Both the position numbers and the translations under genes were made by a program. A DNA stretch of 64,000 bases from positions 21,246 through 85,245 of the forward strand of contig JBIOJO010000002.1 in assembly GCA_044450965.1 (NCBI GenBank), in the 5' to 3' direction. Positions 39,853-48,043 of the stretch are shown here, piece by piece. Positions within the stretch are counted from its first letter, which is position 1. Each line of letters starts with the position of its first letter. A model generated the notes under the pieces. That model was not told where the DNA came from and did not search any database. It saw only the letters and a program-made list of their open reading frames with translations. The DNA is from Elusimicrobiota bacterium. Its GTDB lineage: Bacteria > Elusimicrobiota > Elusimicrobia > UBA1565 > UBA9628.

Positions 39853-40212
39853 ATGTACCACTTCCTTCTCGTCGTTCACATCATCGCCTGCCTGGCCATG
39901 GTCCTGGTCGTCCTGCTTCAGACCGGACGCGGCGCGGGCCTTCAAATGTTCGGCGGCGGCGGAGACTCGCTGATCACCACGCCGGGCGGCTCGAGCTTCA
40001 TGAAGAAGTTCACCACCGGCCTGGCCGCGACGTTCGCCTTCACCTCGCTTTTCTTGACGCTTCTTCAGAACCGCACCGGCATGTCGAGCGTGACCTCGAA
40101 GATCGCGGATACTCCCGCGCCCCTCGAAACGCCGGCACCTCAGCCTTCGGCTTCCGCGCCCGTCGCGGCTCCGATCGCCGCTCCGGCCGCGGCTCCGGCG
40201 AAGAAGAAGTAG
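39853..40212 (+). CDS. secG: Preprotein translocase subunit SecG
   Basis: MYHFLLVVHIIACLAMVLVVLLQTGRGAGL...FGGGG, two TM helices, Ala/Pro C-tail. Confidence 0.8.
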   Translation: MYHFLLVVHIIACLAMVLVVLLQTGRGAGLQMFGGGGDSLITTPGGSSFMKKFTTGLAATFAFTSLFLTLLQNRTGMSSVTSKIADTPAPLETPAPQPSASAPVAAPIAAPAAAPAKKK

Positions 40213-40222
40213 CCGCACCGAC

Positions 40223-40306
40223 GCGCGGGTGGTGGAACTGGCAGACACGTACGCTTGAGGTGCGTATGCCCGAAAGGGTTTGGGGGTTCAAGTCCCCCCT
40301 CGCGCA
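40223..40306 (+). tRNA. tRNA-Leu (anticodon GAG), long variable arm, no encoded CCA
   Basis: Acceptor GCGCGGG/CTCGCGC (G6-U67 wobble), anticodon stem TACGC/GCGTA with loop TTGAGGT, variable arm TGCCCGAAAGGGTTT, T-arm GGGGG-TTCAAGT-CCCCC. Confidence 0.85.
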
Positions 40307-40326
40307 AAATTATTCCTCATCGAAGA

Positions 40327-40363
40327 AAGCCCCGGACCGAGACGATCGGCCCGGGGCTTTTTT
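40327..40363 (+). terminator. Rho-independent terminator after tRNA-Leu
   Basis: Stem about 11 bp (gccccgg.accga / tcggcccggggc) followed by TTTTTT. Confidence 0.6.
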
Positions 40364-40389
40364 CTTCTCCTTCGGCGACGGAACCTTCC

Positions 40390-40424
40390 TTGACGACGGG
40401 CTCCTCCGGGTCTATACTCCGAAG
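40390..40424 (+). promoter_or_regulatory. Canonical sigma70-type promoter TTGACG-17-TATACT, with the ATG about 7 nt downstream (leaderless or near-leaderless transcript)
   Basis: ttgacg(40390-40395), 17-nt spacer, tatact(40413-40418), ATG at 40425. Confidence 0.5.
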
Positions 40425-41168
40425 ATGAGCCTACTGCCCGCCCTCCTGCTCGCGCTGGCCGCCGCTCCGGTTTTCGCCGCGCCGGCCCCGCCCGCCCCGT
40501 CCGATCCGCCCTTGGTGGCGGCGGTCAAAGGCGGGGATCTGACCGGTTTGAAGGCGGCGCTCGCCGGGGGCGCCGCGGTCGGCGACAAGGACCGGTACGG
40601 GTGGACGGCCGTGATGTGGTCCATCGGTCACGGCGAAGCCGCGATGACGAAGGCCCTTCTCGACGCGGGCGCCGATCCGGCGCCGAAGGACGCGCCGAAC
40701 TACAACGCGATGATCGAGGCCGCCAAGGGCGGGCGCTTCGACGTCGTGCCCCTTCTGGCCGCGAAAGGCTTCTCCTGCGCGGCGAAGGACGAGCTCGGCA
40801 TTCCGGCTCTGTCCTACGCGGTCTCGCAGGTTTCGACGGGGACGGCCCTGGCTCTTCTCGCCTGCAAGGCGGACATCGACGCCAAGGACGCGAACGGGTT
40901 CACGCCGCTGATCCGCGCGGTCCAGGCCGGACAGGCGGCGGAAGTGAATCTTCTGATCGCGAAGGGCGCGGCGCTGAACGCGCGCGACGCGCAGGGCTAC
41001 ACCGCGCTGATGTGGGCCGCGCACAACGCCTTCGTCGACGCGGCGCGGGCGCTGCTGGCGGCGAAGGCCGATCCCCGGATCAAGGGAAAGAACGGCCAAT
41101 CCGCGCGCGACATATCCCAGAAGCGCGGCAGCGCCGGAGTCTCGGCGCTCCTGCCCGCGACGCCTTAA
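40425..41168 (+). CDS. Exported ankyrin-repeat protein (about 5 ANK repeats)
   Basis: Signal MSLLPALLLALAAAPVFAAPAP. Repeats such as GWTAVMWSIGHGEAAMTKALLDAGADP and NGFTPLIRAVQAGQAAEVNLLIAKGAALNARDAQGYTALMWAA. Confidence 0.75.
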   Translation: MSLLPALLLALAAAPVFAAPAPPAPSDPPLVAAVKGGDLTGLKAALAGGAAVGDKDRYGWTAVMWSIGHGEAAMTKALLDAGADPAPKDAPNYNAMIEAAKGGRFDVVPLLAAKGFSCAAKDELGIPALSYAVSQVSTGTALALLACKADIDAKDANGFTPLIRAVQAGQAAEVNLLIAKGAALNARDAQGYTALMWAAHNAFVDAARALLAAKADPRIKGKNGQSARDISQKRGSAGVSALLPATP

Positions 41169-42352
41169 GGTTTGCCGGGCTTGGGCGGCGTCACGCCGTA
41201 GAGACCGAGGCGTCGAGCGTGCTCGTAGGCCGCGAACGGCATCAAGGTGTGCTGGCCGCCGCGCACTTGGGTGGACGACGCGTCGAATCCGACGTGGTCC
41301 AGGAAGCGGACCTCCAGCGTCGTGGGGACCTCCGACTCGGGGTGCTCGCGCTTGATGAAGGCGACCTTCAGCGCGTGCAAGGTCGGGCTGTGGCCCATCT
41401 CGGATTCGAAATGGCGCTCGAGCTTGGGCAAGGTGTCGGGGTTGCCCTTCTTGTCCACCAGGCGGTAATGGTCGTCCCCGACCATGTACCAGGCGTCCAC
41501 GCGGCGCTCCTGATTGAGCGCGAGGATGCGGAAGATGTTCGTCTCGCCGTCCAAGGTGGTGCCGACCGCGATGGGCGAGTACTGGAAGAACGGCGCGAAG
41601 ACGTCCAGGACTTCGCGGCCCATCGGATGGCGGGTCGCGACCGGGGTCATCGTCGGCTTGCGCGGGTCGTCTCCGGCCAGAACGAAGACGATCTTGTCCA
41701 CGCCCAGTTCTCCGACGGCGCGCAGCGCGATCAGGAGATGGCCCCACTGGAACGGGTCCGCGGCGACGGGGTAGACGCCGACGCGCGCGTGGGTTTCCTC
41801 GGGGTTGGCGGGATCCGATTCGGAGAGGCGGATGGAGCGGGTCGGGTCGATCTCCTTGGCGTCGAGACGCTCCTGGATGCGCGCCAGGGCGCGGTCGGAC
41901 TCGACCGCCACGGTCTCCAGCAAGGACGCTTCGGGCTCCGTGTACTCGCGCGCGGCGGAGAGGAGCTGGACGCGGACGCGCGCGCGGACCTGGGCGGTCG
42001 GCGAGGAGGCGGGCAGCGGGAAGCGGACGTCCAGCTGGTTGAAGAGGAAGTAAAGGCGCTCGGCCGGAGGAAGTTCCTCGTTCGCGGCCGGGGCGAACGG
42101 AACGATCTCGACGGCGCGGGACGCGGAGGCGGGCTTCGGCGCGGGCGAGGGGGCGGAGGCCGCCGCGTGCGCGGAGAGCGACGGCGCGGACAAAACGGGG
42201 GAGGTCAGCGAAGGCGCCAGCGACGGGGAGGCGGTGAAGGCCGCGGGGACGCCGACGGCCGCCGGGACGGGGGAAACCTCGACGCGGCCCAGGACGGCGG
42301 CGCGGACCGGCAGCGCCAGGAGCACGGTCAGAAGCAGGTTCAATCTCTTCAT
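41165..42352 (-). CDS. NadD-like nucleotidyltransferase domain (C-terminal ~205 aa) preceded by a signal peptide and a ~170-aa Ala/Pro/Ser-rich region
   Basis: C-domain YPVAADPFQWGHL ((H/T)xGH motif), AGDDPRKP, RHPMGREVL, DASSTQVRGG (ISST-like), ...RRLGLYG, aligning along E. coli NadD. N-terminus MKRLNLLLTVLLALPVRAAV. There is no in-frame start near the domain boundary. Confidence 0.6.
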   Translation of the reverse strand: MKRLNLLLTVLLALPVRAAVLGRVEVSPVPAAVGVPAAFTASPSLAPSLTSPVLSAPSLSAHAAASAPSPAPKPASASRAVEIVPFAPAANEELPPAERLYFLFNQLDVRFPLPASSPTAQVRARVRVQLLSAAREYTEPEASLLETVAVESDRALARIQERLDAKEIDPTRSIRLSESDPANPEETHARVGVYPVAADPFQWGHLLIALRAVGELGVDKIVFVLAGDDPRKPTMTPVATRHPMGREVLDVFAPFFQYSPIAVGTTLDGETNIFRILALNQERRVDAWYMVGDDHYRLVDKKGNPDTLPKLERHFESEMGHSPTLHALKVAFIKREHPESEVPTTLEVRFLDHVGFDASSTQVRGGQHTLMPFAAYEHARRLGLYGVTPPKPGKP

Positions 42353-42458
42353 GCCTTGATTAAACCACGGGAGGCGCGCCGCACCAAGGGTCCGACGGCC
42401 CCGCGGGGCCCGGAGCGGAGGGCCTACTGTCCTGGATCAACCGCGGGCCTGACTTTAG

Positions 42459-43586
42459 TCAGTAGGCCAGTTCGAAGCGGCGGCGCTTGCCGTCCGCCTT
42501 CATCATCGTGATCAGGCTTTTCAGGCTGTCGCCCTTGGCGTCGAAGATGAAGGTCCCCATCATGGCTTTGTGCGGCTGAGCGCGGATCTCCTGGATGGCG
42601 GCCTTCCGATCGCCGTGCGTCTTGCGCAGGGCCCACAGGGCGATGCGGGCCGCCTCGTAGGCGTAGTGGTCGAAGGTGCGCGGGGAAGCGTCCGGATAGC
42701 GCTTGTGATACCTGGCCAGGAAGTCCTCCGCGGACGGCAGCGCCTCCAACGGAACGCCGCTGACCGACAGGTACGCCCCGTCGGCCGCGTCGCCGGCGTA
42801 GCGGAAAAAATCGTCGCTCTTCGCGCCGTCGCCGGAGAAGAACGCGCCGGCGAAGCCCGCCGCGCGCGCCTGCTTGAGCAGGAGCCCCGCTTCCACGTAC
42901 ACGCCGCCGAAAAAGACCCCGTCGGGCTTCATGTCCGCGATCTGGCGGACCGTGGCGGAGAAATCCGCGCCGCCGCGGGGAATCGAGGTGAAGAAGGAGA
43001 CCTCCCCGCCGCGGGCTTCGAAGCCCCGCCGGAACGCCTCCGTCAAGCCGACGCCGTAGGGGGTTCCATCGTGGATCACGGCCAGCCTCTTGAGCCCGAG
43101 GCGCCGGCGGGCGTACTCGGCGTCCGAATCCCCCTGCAGGGCGTCGGAAGGAGGCAGGCGGAAAACGACGCGGGCTCCGCCCCAGTCGTCGCGCTCCTGC
43201 TGGAGGGTCAGCTCCGGGGCCGTCGCCGAGGGCGTGATCATGGGCATCGGATCGAGAGAGAGGACTCGGGCCGCCTCGATGGCGCAGCCCGACGTCAAAG
43301 GTCCGATCACGGCGAAGACCCGGGGATCGGCGGCCGCGCGGCGCGCGGCGTCGGCGGCGGCCGCGGGGACGGCGCGGTCGTCGAACGGGACCACTTCGAC
43401 CGAGACGGCGGACGCGCCGGACGCGGCGTCGTCCGCGACGGCCAGGCTCACGGCCCGCTCCATGCCCTGCCCGTCCGCGGCCAGCTCCCCGCTCATCGGA
43501 GCGATCACGGCCAGCTTGACGGGCGCCGGGGGCTTTGCGCACGCCGTCAGCGCCGCCAGGACGGACGCGAGGAGCATTCGCCGCAT
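42459..43586 (-). CDS. Periplasmic substrate-binding lipoprotein, branched-chain amino-acid (LivK/PBP type-1) family, orphan
   Basis: Lipobox LTAC. Type-1 PBP fold pattern (AVIGPLTSG..., GVFFGG...). No adjacent permease or ATPase genes. Confidence 0.7.
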   Translation of the reverse strand: MRRMLLASVLAALTACAKPPAPVKLAVIAPMSGELAADGQGMERAVSLAVADDAASGASAVSVEVVPFDDRAVPAAAADAARRAAADPRVFAVIGPLTSGCAIEAARVLSLDPMPMITPSATAPELTLQQERDDWGGARVVFRLPPSDALQGDSDAEYARRRLGLKRLAVIHDGTPYGVGLTEAFRRGFEARGGEVSFFTSIPRGGADFSATVRQIADMKPDGVFFGGVYVEAGLLLKQARAAGFAGAFFSGDGAKSDDFFRYAGDAADGAYLSVSGVPLEALPSAEDFLARYHKRYPDASPRTFDHYAYEAARIALWALRKTHGDRKAAIQEIRAQPHKAMMGTFIFDAKGDSLKSLITMMKADGKRRRFELAY

Positions 43587-43713
43587 GCGCCAGTGTAGCC
43601 GCGCCCCGTCGCTCCGTCAAGCGCGAAGATGAGTCCAAGGTTTTCTCCCGGCGTATTCATGGCTCCGGCCCCGATCCCTGGTGAAGGCGGGATAGGACGG
43701 TTATAATGGCCCC

Positions 43714-45159
43714 GTGCCCGCTCCCGCGCTCGTCTGGTTCCGCCTGGATCTGCGTCTCGAGGACCAGCCCGCTTTGGCCGAGGCCGCGGCGCGCGGCGGG
43801 CCCGTGATCCCGGTCTTCGTCTGGTCGCCGGAGGAGGAGGGCGCGGCGGCGCCCGGTGCCGCCTCGCGCTGGTGGCTGCACCGTTCCTTGGCGGCGCTGG
43901 AGGCAAGCCTGCGCGCGCGCGGCTCCCGTCTGACCATCCGCCGCGGGCCGGCGGCGGCGGCCTTGGTCAAGCTGACGCGGGAAACGGGGGCCGGCGCGGC
44001 GTTCTGGAACCGGCGCTGCGAACCCAGCCTTGTCGAGCGCGACGCGGCGGTCGAACGGGCCTTGCGATCGGAGGGTTTCGAGACCAAGACCTTCAACTCG
44101 TCGCTGCTGTTCGAGCCGGACGAGGTTCGAACCTTGACCGGCAATCCCTACCAGGTGTTCACGCCTTTCTGGCGGGCATGCCTGGATCGTCCCGAACCGG
44201 CGGCGCCCGGGCCGTCTCCGAAGACGCTCGCGGCGCCGGGCCGCTGGCCGGACGGGGAAGCCCTCGACGCGCTGAAGCTGGCGCCGAAAGCCGAGCGGAC
44301 CGCCGGCTTCCATTCGGCCTGGACCCCCGGCGAGACGGGCGCGCGCGAGCGCCTGGACGCGTTCGTCGAGCACGCCGCCGGCGGCTACCACGAGTCGCGC
44401 GACCGGATGGCGCGGGACGGGGTGTCGCGGCTGTCGCCGCATCTGCACTTCGGGGAGATCTCCCCGCGCGCGGTCTGGGCCGCCGTCAGCCGCCGCGCCG
44501 CGGGCGACCCGGGGCGCGGCCCGGAGACCTATCTTAAGGAACTGGGCTGGCGTGAGTTCGCCCACCACCTGTTGACGCGCTTTCCGCGGACGGTCGACCG
44601 GCCGCTGAGGCCGGAATTCGAAAGCTTCCCGTGGCGGAGCGACGTGAGAGCGTTCGAATCATGGACGAAGGGGCGGACGGGCTACCCGGTGGTGGACGCG
44701 GGGATGCGGGAGCTGGGGCGCACGGGCTGGATGCACAACCGGGCGCGGATGATCGCGGCCTCGTTCCTGGTCAAGGATCTGCTGATCGACTGGCGCCAGG
44801 GCGCGGCGTGGTTCTGGGATACCTTGGTGGACGCGGATCTGGCGAACAACACCTTGGGTTGGCAATGGGTCTCGGGCTGCGGCGCCGACGCCGCGCCTTT
44901 CTTTCGCATTTTCAATCCCGTGCTGCAGGGAAAGAAATTCGATCCGGAAGGGGAATACGTGAAGCGCTGGGTTCCGGAGTTGACCGAGCTTCCCCCGAAG
45001 CTGATCCACGAGCCCTGGAACGCCGACGCGCGTCATCTGGGGGCGGCGAGGAACTATCCCCTGCCCATCGTGGATCACGGCCGGGCGCGCGTGCGCGCTT
45101 TGGCGGCGCTGTCCGTCGCGTCCAAGCACCGGATCTCGGCGGCGGTGGACCGGACATGA
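43714..45159 (+). CDS. phrB: Deoxyribodipyrimidine photolyase (CPD photolyase, class I)
   Basis: LVWFRLDLRLEDQPAL, and the FAD-binding TGYPVVDAGMRELGRTGWMHNRARMIAASFLVKDLLIDWRQGAAWFWDTLVDADLANNTLGWQW. Confidence 0.9.
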   Translation: MPAPALVWFRLDLRLEDQPALAEAAARGGPVIPVFVWSPEEEGAAAPGAASRWWLHRSLAALEASLRARGSRLTIRRGPAAAALVKLTRETGAGAAFWNRRCEPSLVERDAAVERALRSEGFETKTFNSSLLFEPDEVRTLTGNPYQVFTPFWRACLDRPEPAAPGPSPKTLAAPGRWPDGEALDALKLAPKAERTAGFHSAWTPGETGARERLDAFVEHAAGGYHESRDRMARDGVSRLSPHLHFGEISPRAVWAAVSRRAAGDPGRGPETYLKELGWREFAHHLLTRFPRTVDRPLRPEFESFPWRSDVRAFESWTKGRTGYPVVDAGMRELGRTGWMHNRARMIAASFLVKDLLIDWRQGAAWFWDTLVDADLANNTLGWQWVSGCGADAAPFFRIFNPVLQGKKFDPEGEYVKRWVPELTELPPKLIHEPWNADARHLGAARNYPLPIVDHGRARVRALAALSVASKHRISAAVDRT

Positions 45160-45575
45160 GCGAACGCGTCTTCTCCTGCCGCATTTATGGGGTGCTGCGC
45201 GAGGGCGGCAAGGTCCTACTGACGCGCTCGGTGTTCCGGGGCTCGCCGTTCGTGAACTTTCCCGGCGGGGGAATCGAGATCGGCGAGGCGCCGATGGACG
45301 CCCTGCGCCGCGAGTTCGCGGAGGAGACGGGGCTGACCGTTCGCCCGGTGCGCGTCCTCCATTCCAGCGAGGGCGCGCATCTGTCCACTCAAGCGCCCAT
45401 TCAGATCGTGGCGTCGTACTGGCTGGTCGAGAAGACGGGAGGGGACCTGCGCTTGGGTGGCAACGGCGACGACGTCCTGGAGCTGTTCTGGGCGGATCCC
45501 GCGCGCCTGCCGCTGGACCAGATGTTCCCGTCCGACCTGGAGTTCTCCTCGCGCCTGCCGGGTCTTCTCCTTTAA
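45156..45575 (+). CDS. NUDIX hydrolase
   Basis: Nudix box GGGIEIGEAPMDALRREFAEETGL. ATGA overlap with phrB. Confidence 0.75.
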   Translation: MSERVFSCRIYGVLREGGKVLLTRSVFRGSPFVNFPGGGIEIGEAPMDALRREFAEETGLTVRPVRVLHSSEGAHLSTQAPIQIVASYWLVEKTGGDLRLGGNGDDVLELFWADPARLPLDQMFPSDLEFSSRLPGLLL

Positions 45576-45617
45576 ATCGCCCTTGAAATCGCCGGGCGGC
45601 GGGGCTATCCTGACGGC

Positions 45618-46289
45618 GTGAAGCTGTTCCTTTCCTTCGCCGTCCTGTTCTGCGCGACGCGCGGGGTCGCCGGCCCCATCGGGGCCGTGGACGCGCACGC
45701 GGTCTCCGCCACGGGTTTTCCCGGCGCGTACTTGGAGAGCATCTCCTTGGCGGCCGCGTCCGATCCGTTCTACGGCTCCCGCTTCCTGGACGGGCTCCAG
45801 GTCCATCTGCAGGCGGTGAGCGGCATGACCGCCCAGCCCGCGATCGCCAGCTACCTGGAACAGGCGGCCACCGCCGGTCAGGGCCTGGGCCAATTGAAGG
45901 AGTCCTTGGGCGCGGTGCCCCTTGATCCGCCGAAGGCGGCCGCGCTGCTGATCGCCAACGCGCTGGCGCGTCCCCGGCAGTTCCGCGAAGTGATCGACAA
46001 CCTGGAGACGTTCAAGCCGGGCCTGGGCCGCCACGCGGCCGCCATCCTGCGCGAAACCAAGGGCGAGGGCGACAAGCGCGTCATCGCGGCGCTGCGCGCC
46101 GCGGGGGAAAACAAGCCGCAGGGGAAGATGCTGACCTACGGCCCCGACGGGCGGCTGGACATGCTGTTCGACGGCATCGAGGGCGTCCGCGCCGGCGCCG
46201 CCGAGTCCTCCGTCGTGACCGCCCCGGCGAGCGTGTATGGGCCCGACGGCCGTCCGCGTCCTTCCGGGCTTCTTCCCGCCAAGCCGTAA
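45618..46289 (+). CDS. Exported hypothetical protein (GTG start)
   Basis: Signal MKLFLSFAVLFCATRGVAGP. Coding-like GC3. No homolog recognised. Confidence 0.45.
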   Translation: MKLFLSFAVLFCATRGVAGPIGAVDAHAVSATGFPGAYLESISLAAASDPFYGSRFLDGLQVHLQAVSGMTAQPAIASYLEQAATAGQGLGQLKESLGAVPLDPPKAAALLIANALARPRQFREVIDNLETFKPGLGRHAAAILRETKGEGDKRVIAALRAAGENKPQGKMLTYGPDGRLDMLFDGIEGVRAGAAESSVVTAPASVYGPDGRPRPSGLLPAKP

Positions 46290-46338
46290 GTCCCGGACGG
46301 TTGAGGTCCGCGGGCATATCTGGTATCATGTCCGTCAC

Positions 46339-46413
46339 GGGCCTGTAGCTCAGCTGGGAGAGCGCCTGCATGGCATGCAGGAGGTCAGCGGTTCGATCCC
46401 GCTCAGGTCCACC
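46339..46413 (+). tRNA. tRNA-Ala (anticodon GGC), G3:U70 identity pair, CCA encoded
   Basis: GGGCCTGTAGCTCAGCTGGGAGAGC..., anticodon loop ATGGCAT, T-arm AGCGG-TTCGATC-CCGCT, acceptor 3' CAGGTCC-A-CCA. Confidence 0.85.
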
Positions 46414-46419
46414 AGATTT

Positions 46420-46441
46420 AAAACCCCCGCGAGGGGGTTTT
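46420..46441 (+). terminator. Rho-independent terminator after tRNA-Ala
   Basis: aaaaCCCCCgcgaGGGGGttttt. Confidence 0.6.
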
Positions 46442-46514
46442 TAATTTCAGGGGATCGAACCGCTGAACGACTTTAAAGGCGGTCCGGCCGCGCGTCGTGC
46501 CGCGCGGCCGGGCC

Positions 46515-46541
46515 GCGGTTCGATCCCGCTCAGGTCCACCA
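46515..46541 (+). repeat. 27-nt direct duplicate of the tRNA-Ala 3' end (gcggttcgatcccgctcaggtccacca), 128 bp downstream of the original copy. Att-site-like.
   Basis: Exact match to 46387-46413. Preceded by a perfect 11-bp GC hairpin (ccggccgcgcg-tcgtgc-cgcgcggccgg). An inverted partial T-arm fragment lies at 46448-46466 (ggggatcgaaccgctgaac). Confidence 0.6.
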
Positions 46542-46676
46542 CTTTCGACGCGTTTCTCGACGAGAACCCGGTTCGAGCCTTTCGTTTGGCTTTGACCGGG
46601 TTCTCTGCTTTTGGAGGGGCTATGGTCACAAATTGGTCACAAGCCTTTTTGGCCGGCGCCACAACGAACACAGGCC

Positions 46677-46710
46677 TTGACGCGAGCTGCTACGGGGCTA
46701 CACTCAGGCG
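46677..46710 (+). promoter_or_regulatory. Sigma70-type promoter TTGACG-16-TACACT, then GGAG and ATG 46722
   Basis: ttgacg(46677-46682), tacact(46699-46704), GGAG 46713-46716. Confidence 0.45.
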
Positions 46711-46721
46711 ATGGAGCGGCG

Positions 46722-47942
46722 ATGATGGGGGGCGACACGAAACTTGGCAGGCGGTTGTTCAATTGTCTGCTGGCGATTGCCGGTGTCAGTTTGTCGTCGC
46801 GGGCCGACGCTGCGGCGGCCTCGCCGCTCTTGGTCGACGAGGCCTGCTTTGCGGTCGCTGAGAGCACTCAAGACTGGCTTCCTAGAGAAGGTGGAAAGGG
46901 ATGTAAGACCTCTCCTCACGGGACAGAGCCCGACGACATTTTTTCATTCGAAGAAGGAGCCAACCTCGAGCGGGGCCAAACGTTCTCAAACTTTGGTTCG
47001 ACACTGGCAGTTGTCGAGGTCGCCGACGATATCCTGGTTCTTGTCGATGGAAAAAAAGTTGCCGAGTTCACGGATCCGCACGGCGTAAGGGAGCCGATTC
47101 AGGCCGCGTTTTTCCATGATCGAAGCTGGGTACTTGAGCACGACGGCACCGTTGTGGTCGACGGCCATGACATCGCCAAAGAAAATGGATATCAAGCGGT
47201 CTTCTTCTATCGGTTTCTCGGCGATCGTCCCTTTTTCCTGTTCGTGGATGCCGCCGGAAAATTTGGGATGTCTTTCGATGGCAAGGTTCTCCCATTCCAT
47301 TACGACGCAATACCTTATGGGCTTTGTTGCAGCAATGGCGTATTCAATCCTCGGCGCAGTCCCAGCGCCGCGGTCTTCTTCGGCCTCAGAGGAAAGACAT
47401 GGTATAGCGTGACGGCACGCGCTCGTCTTCCGACACCTGAAGAAACAACGCAAAAGGTTGAGGGGATCGTCAGTTCCCTCGAGTCCGCGCGGAACTGGTT
47501 TACAGTCGAGGTCAACGGCGAGGGTTGGGCGACCACTCTTAGTAGCCACACGATGATGATGCGTTCAGGCCAGAAACCTATCCCAGCCCGCTTCGACTTG
47601 CTTCATCTTGGGCAAAGGGTCAGTACGATCCGGGCGTCGAACGGCGAATTACTGTGTGTCATTTTTCTTGATCCGGTCGCCGATGGAACAGAGAAGGCCA
47701 TGACTTCTGTACTCGCGGAAGTCGTCTCATACTCAGGCTCAAGCGCGGAATTGACCGTACTCACTTGGGGCTCTGTCCGTCAGAGCTACAGCTTCATCAT
47801 CACTCCCGATACCAAGATTTGGCGCTATAAGGGTTTGCCGATAAAGGTTCCGGTCGAGACGCTCGTCCCGGGTGCGCCTGTGACCGTTGAATATGAAGTT
47901 GAAGGATCCAGCCTCGTGGCACGAACAATCGGCGGGAGGTAG
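46722..47942 (+). CDS. Exported hypothetical protein (406 aa) in a lower-GC segment
   Basis: Signal MMGGDTKLGRRLFNCLLAIAGVSLSSRADA. GC is about 55%, against about 68% in the flanks. Runs of A/T are common here and rare elsewhere in the window. Confidence 0.55.
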   Translation: MMGGDTKLGRRLFNCLLAIAGVSLSSRADAAAASPLLVDEACFAVAESTQDWLPREGGKGCKTSPHGTEPDDIFSFEEGANLERGQTFSNFGSTLAVVEVADDILVLVDGKKVAEFTDPHGVREPIQAAFFHDRSWVLEHDGTVVVDGHDIAKENGYQAVFFYRFLGDRPFFLFVDAAGKFGMSFDGKVLPFHYDAIPYGLCCSNGVFNPRRSPSAAVFFGLRGKTWYSVTARARLPTPEETTQKVEGIVSSLESARNWFTVEVNGEGWATTLSSHTMMMRSGQKPIPARFDLLHLGQRVSTIRASNGELLCVIFLDPVADGTEKAMTSVLAEVVSYSGSSAELTVLTWGSVRQSYSFIITPDTKIWRYKGLPIKVPVETLVPGAPVTVEYEVEGSSLVARTIGGR

Positions 47943-48043
47943 CTCCACTGTCCGAACTCGGCTTCGCTGGTGATTCCCATTGGCCACTATCCGCTAATAG
48001 CAGCTGACGCTACTAGCGATGGTAAAGAACCGTTTCACCGGCC

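Noticed and set aside
40260-40424. N-terminal extension of the ankyrin ORF back through tRNA-Leu and its terminator
   Set aside because: It crosses a tRNA, a terminator and a promoter. The real start is ATG 40425, at the signal peptide.
46447-46541. Possible tmRNA (ssrA) or a second intact tRNA
   Set aside because: Only a T-arm plus acceptor 3' half is present. There is no matching 5' acceptor strand, no tag-peptide reading frame and no pseudoknot region. It is interpreted as an att-like partial duplicate instead.
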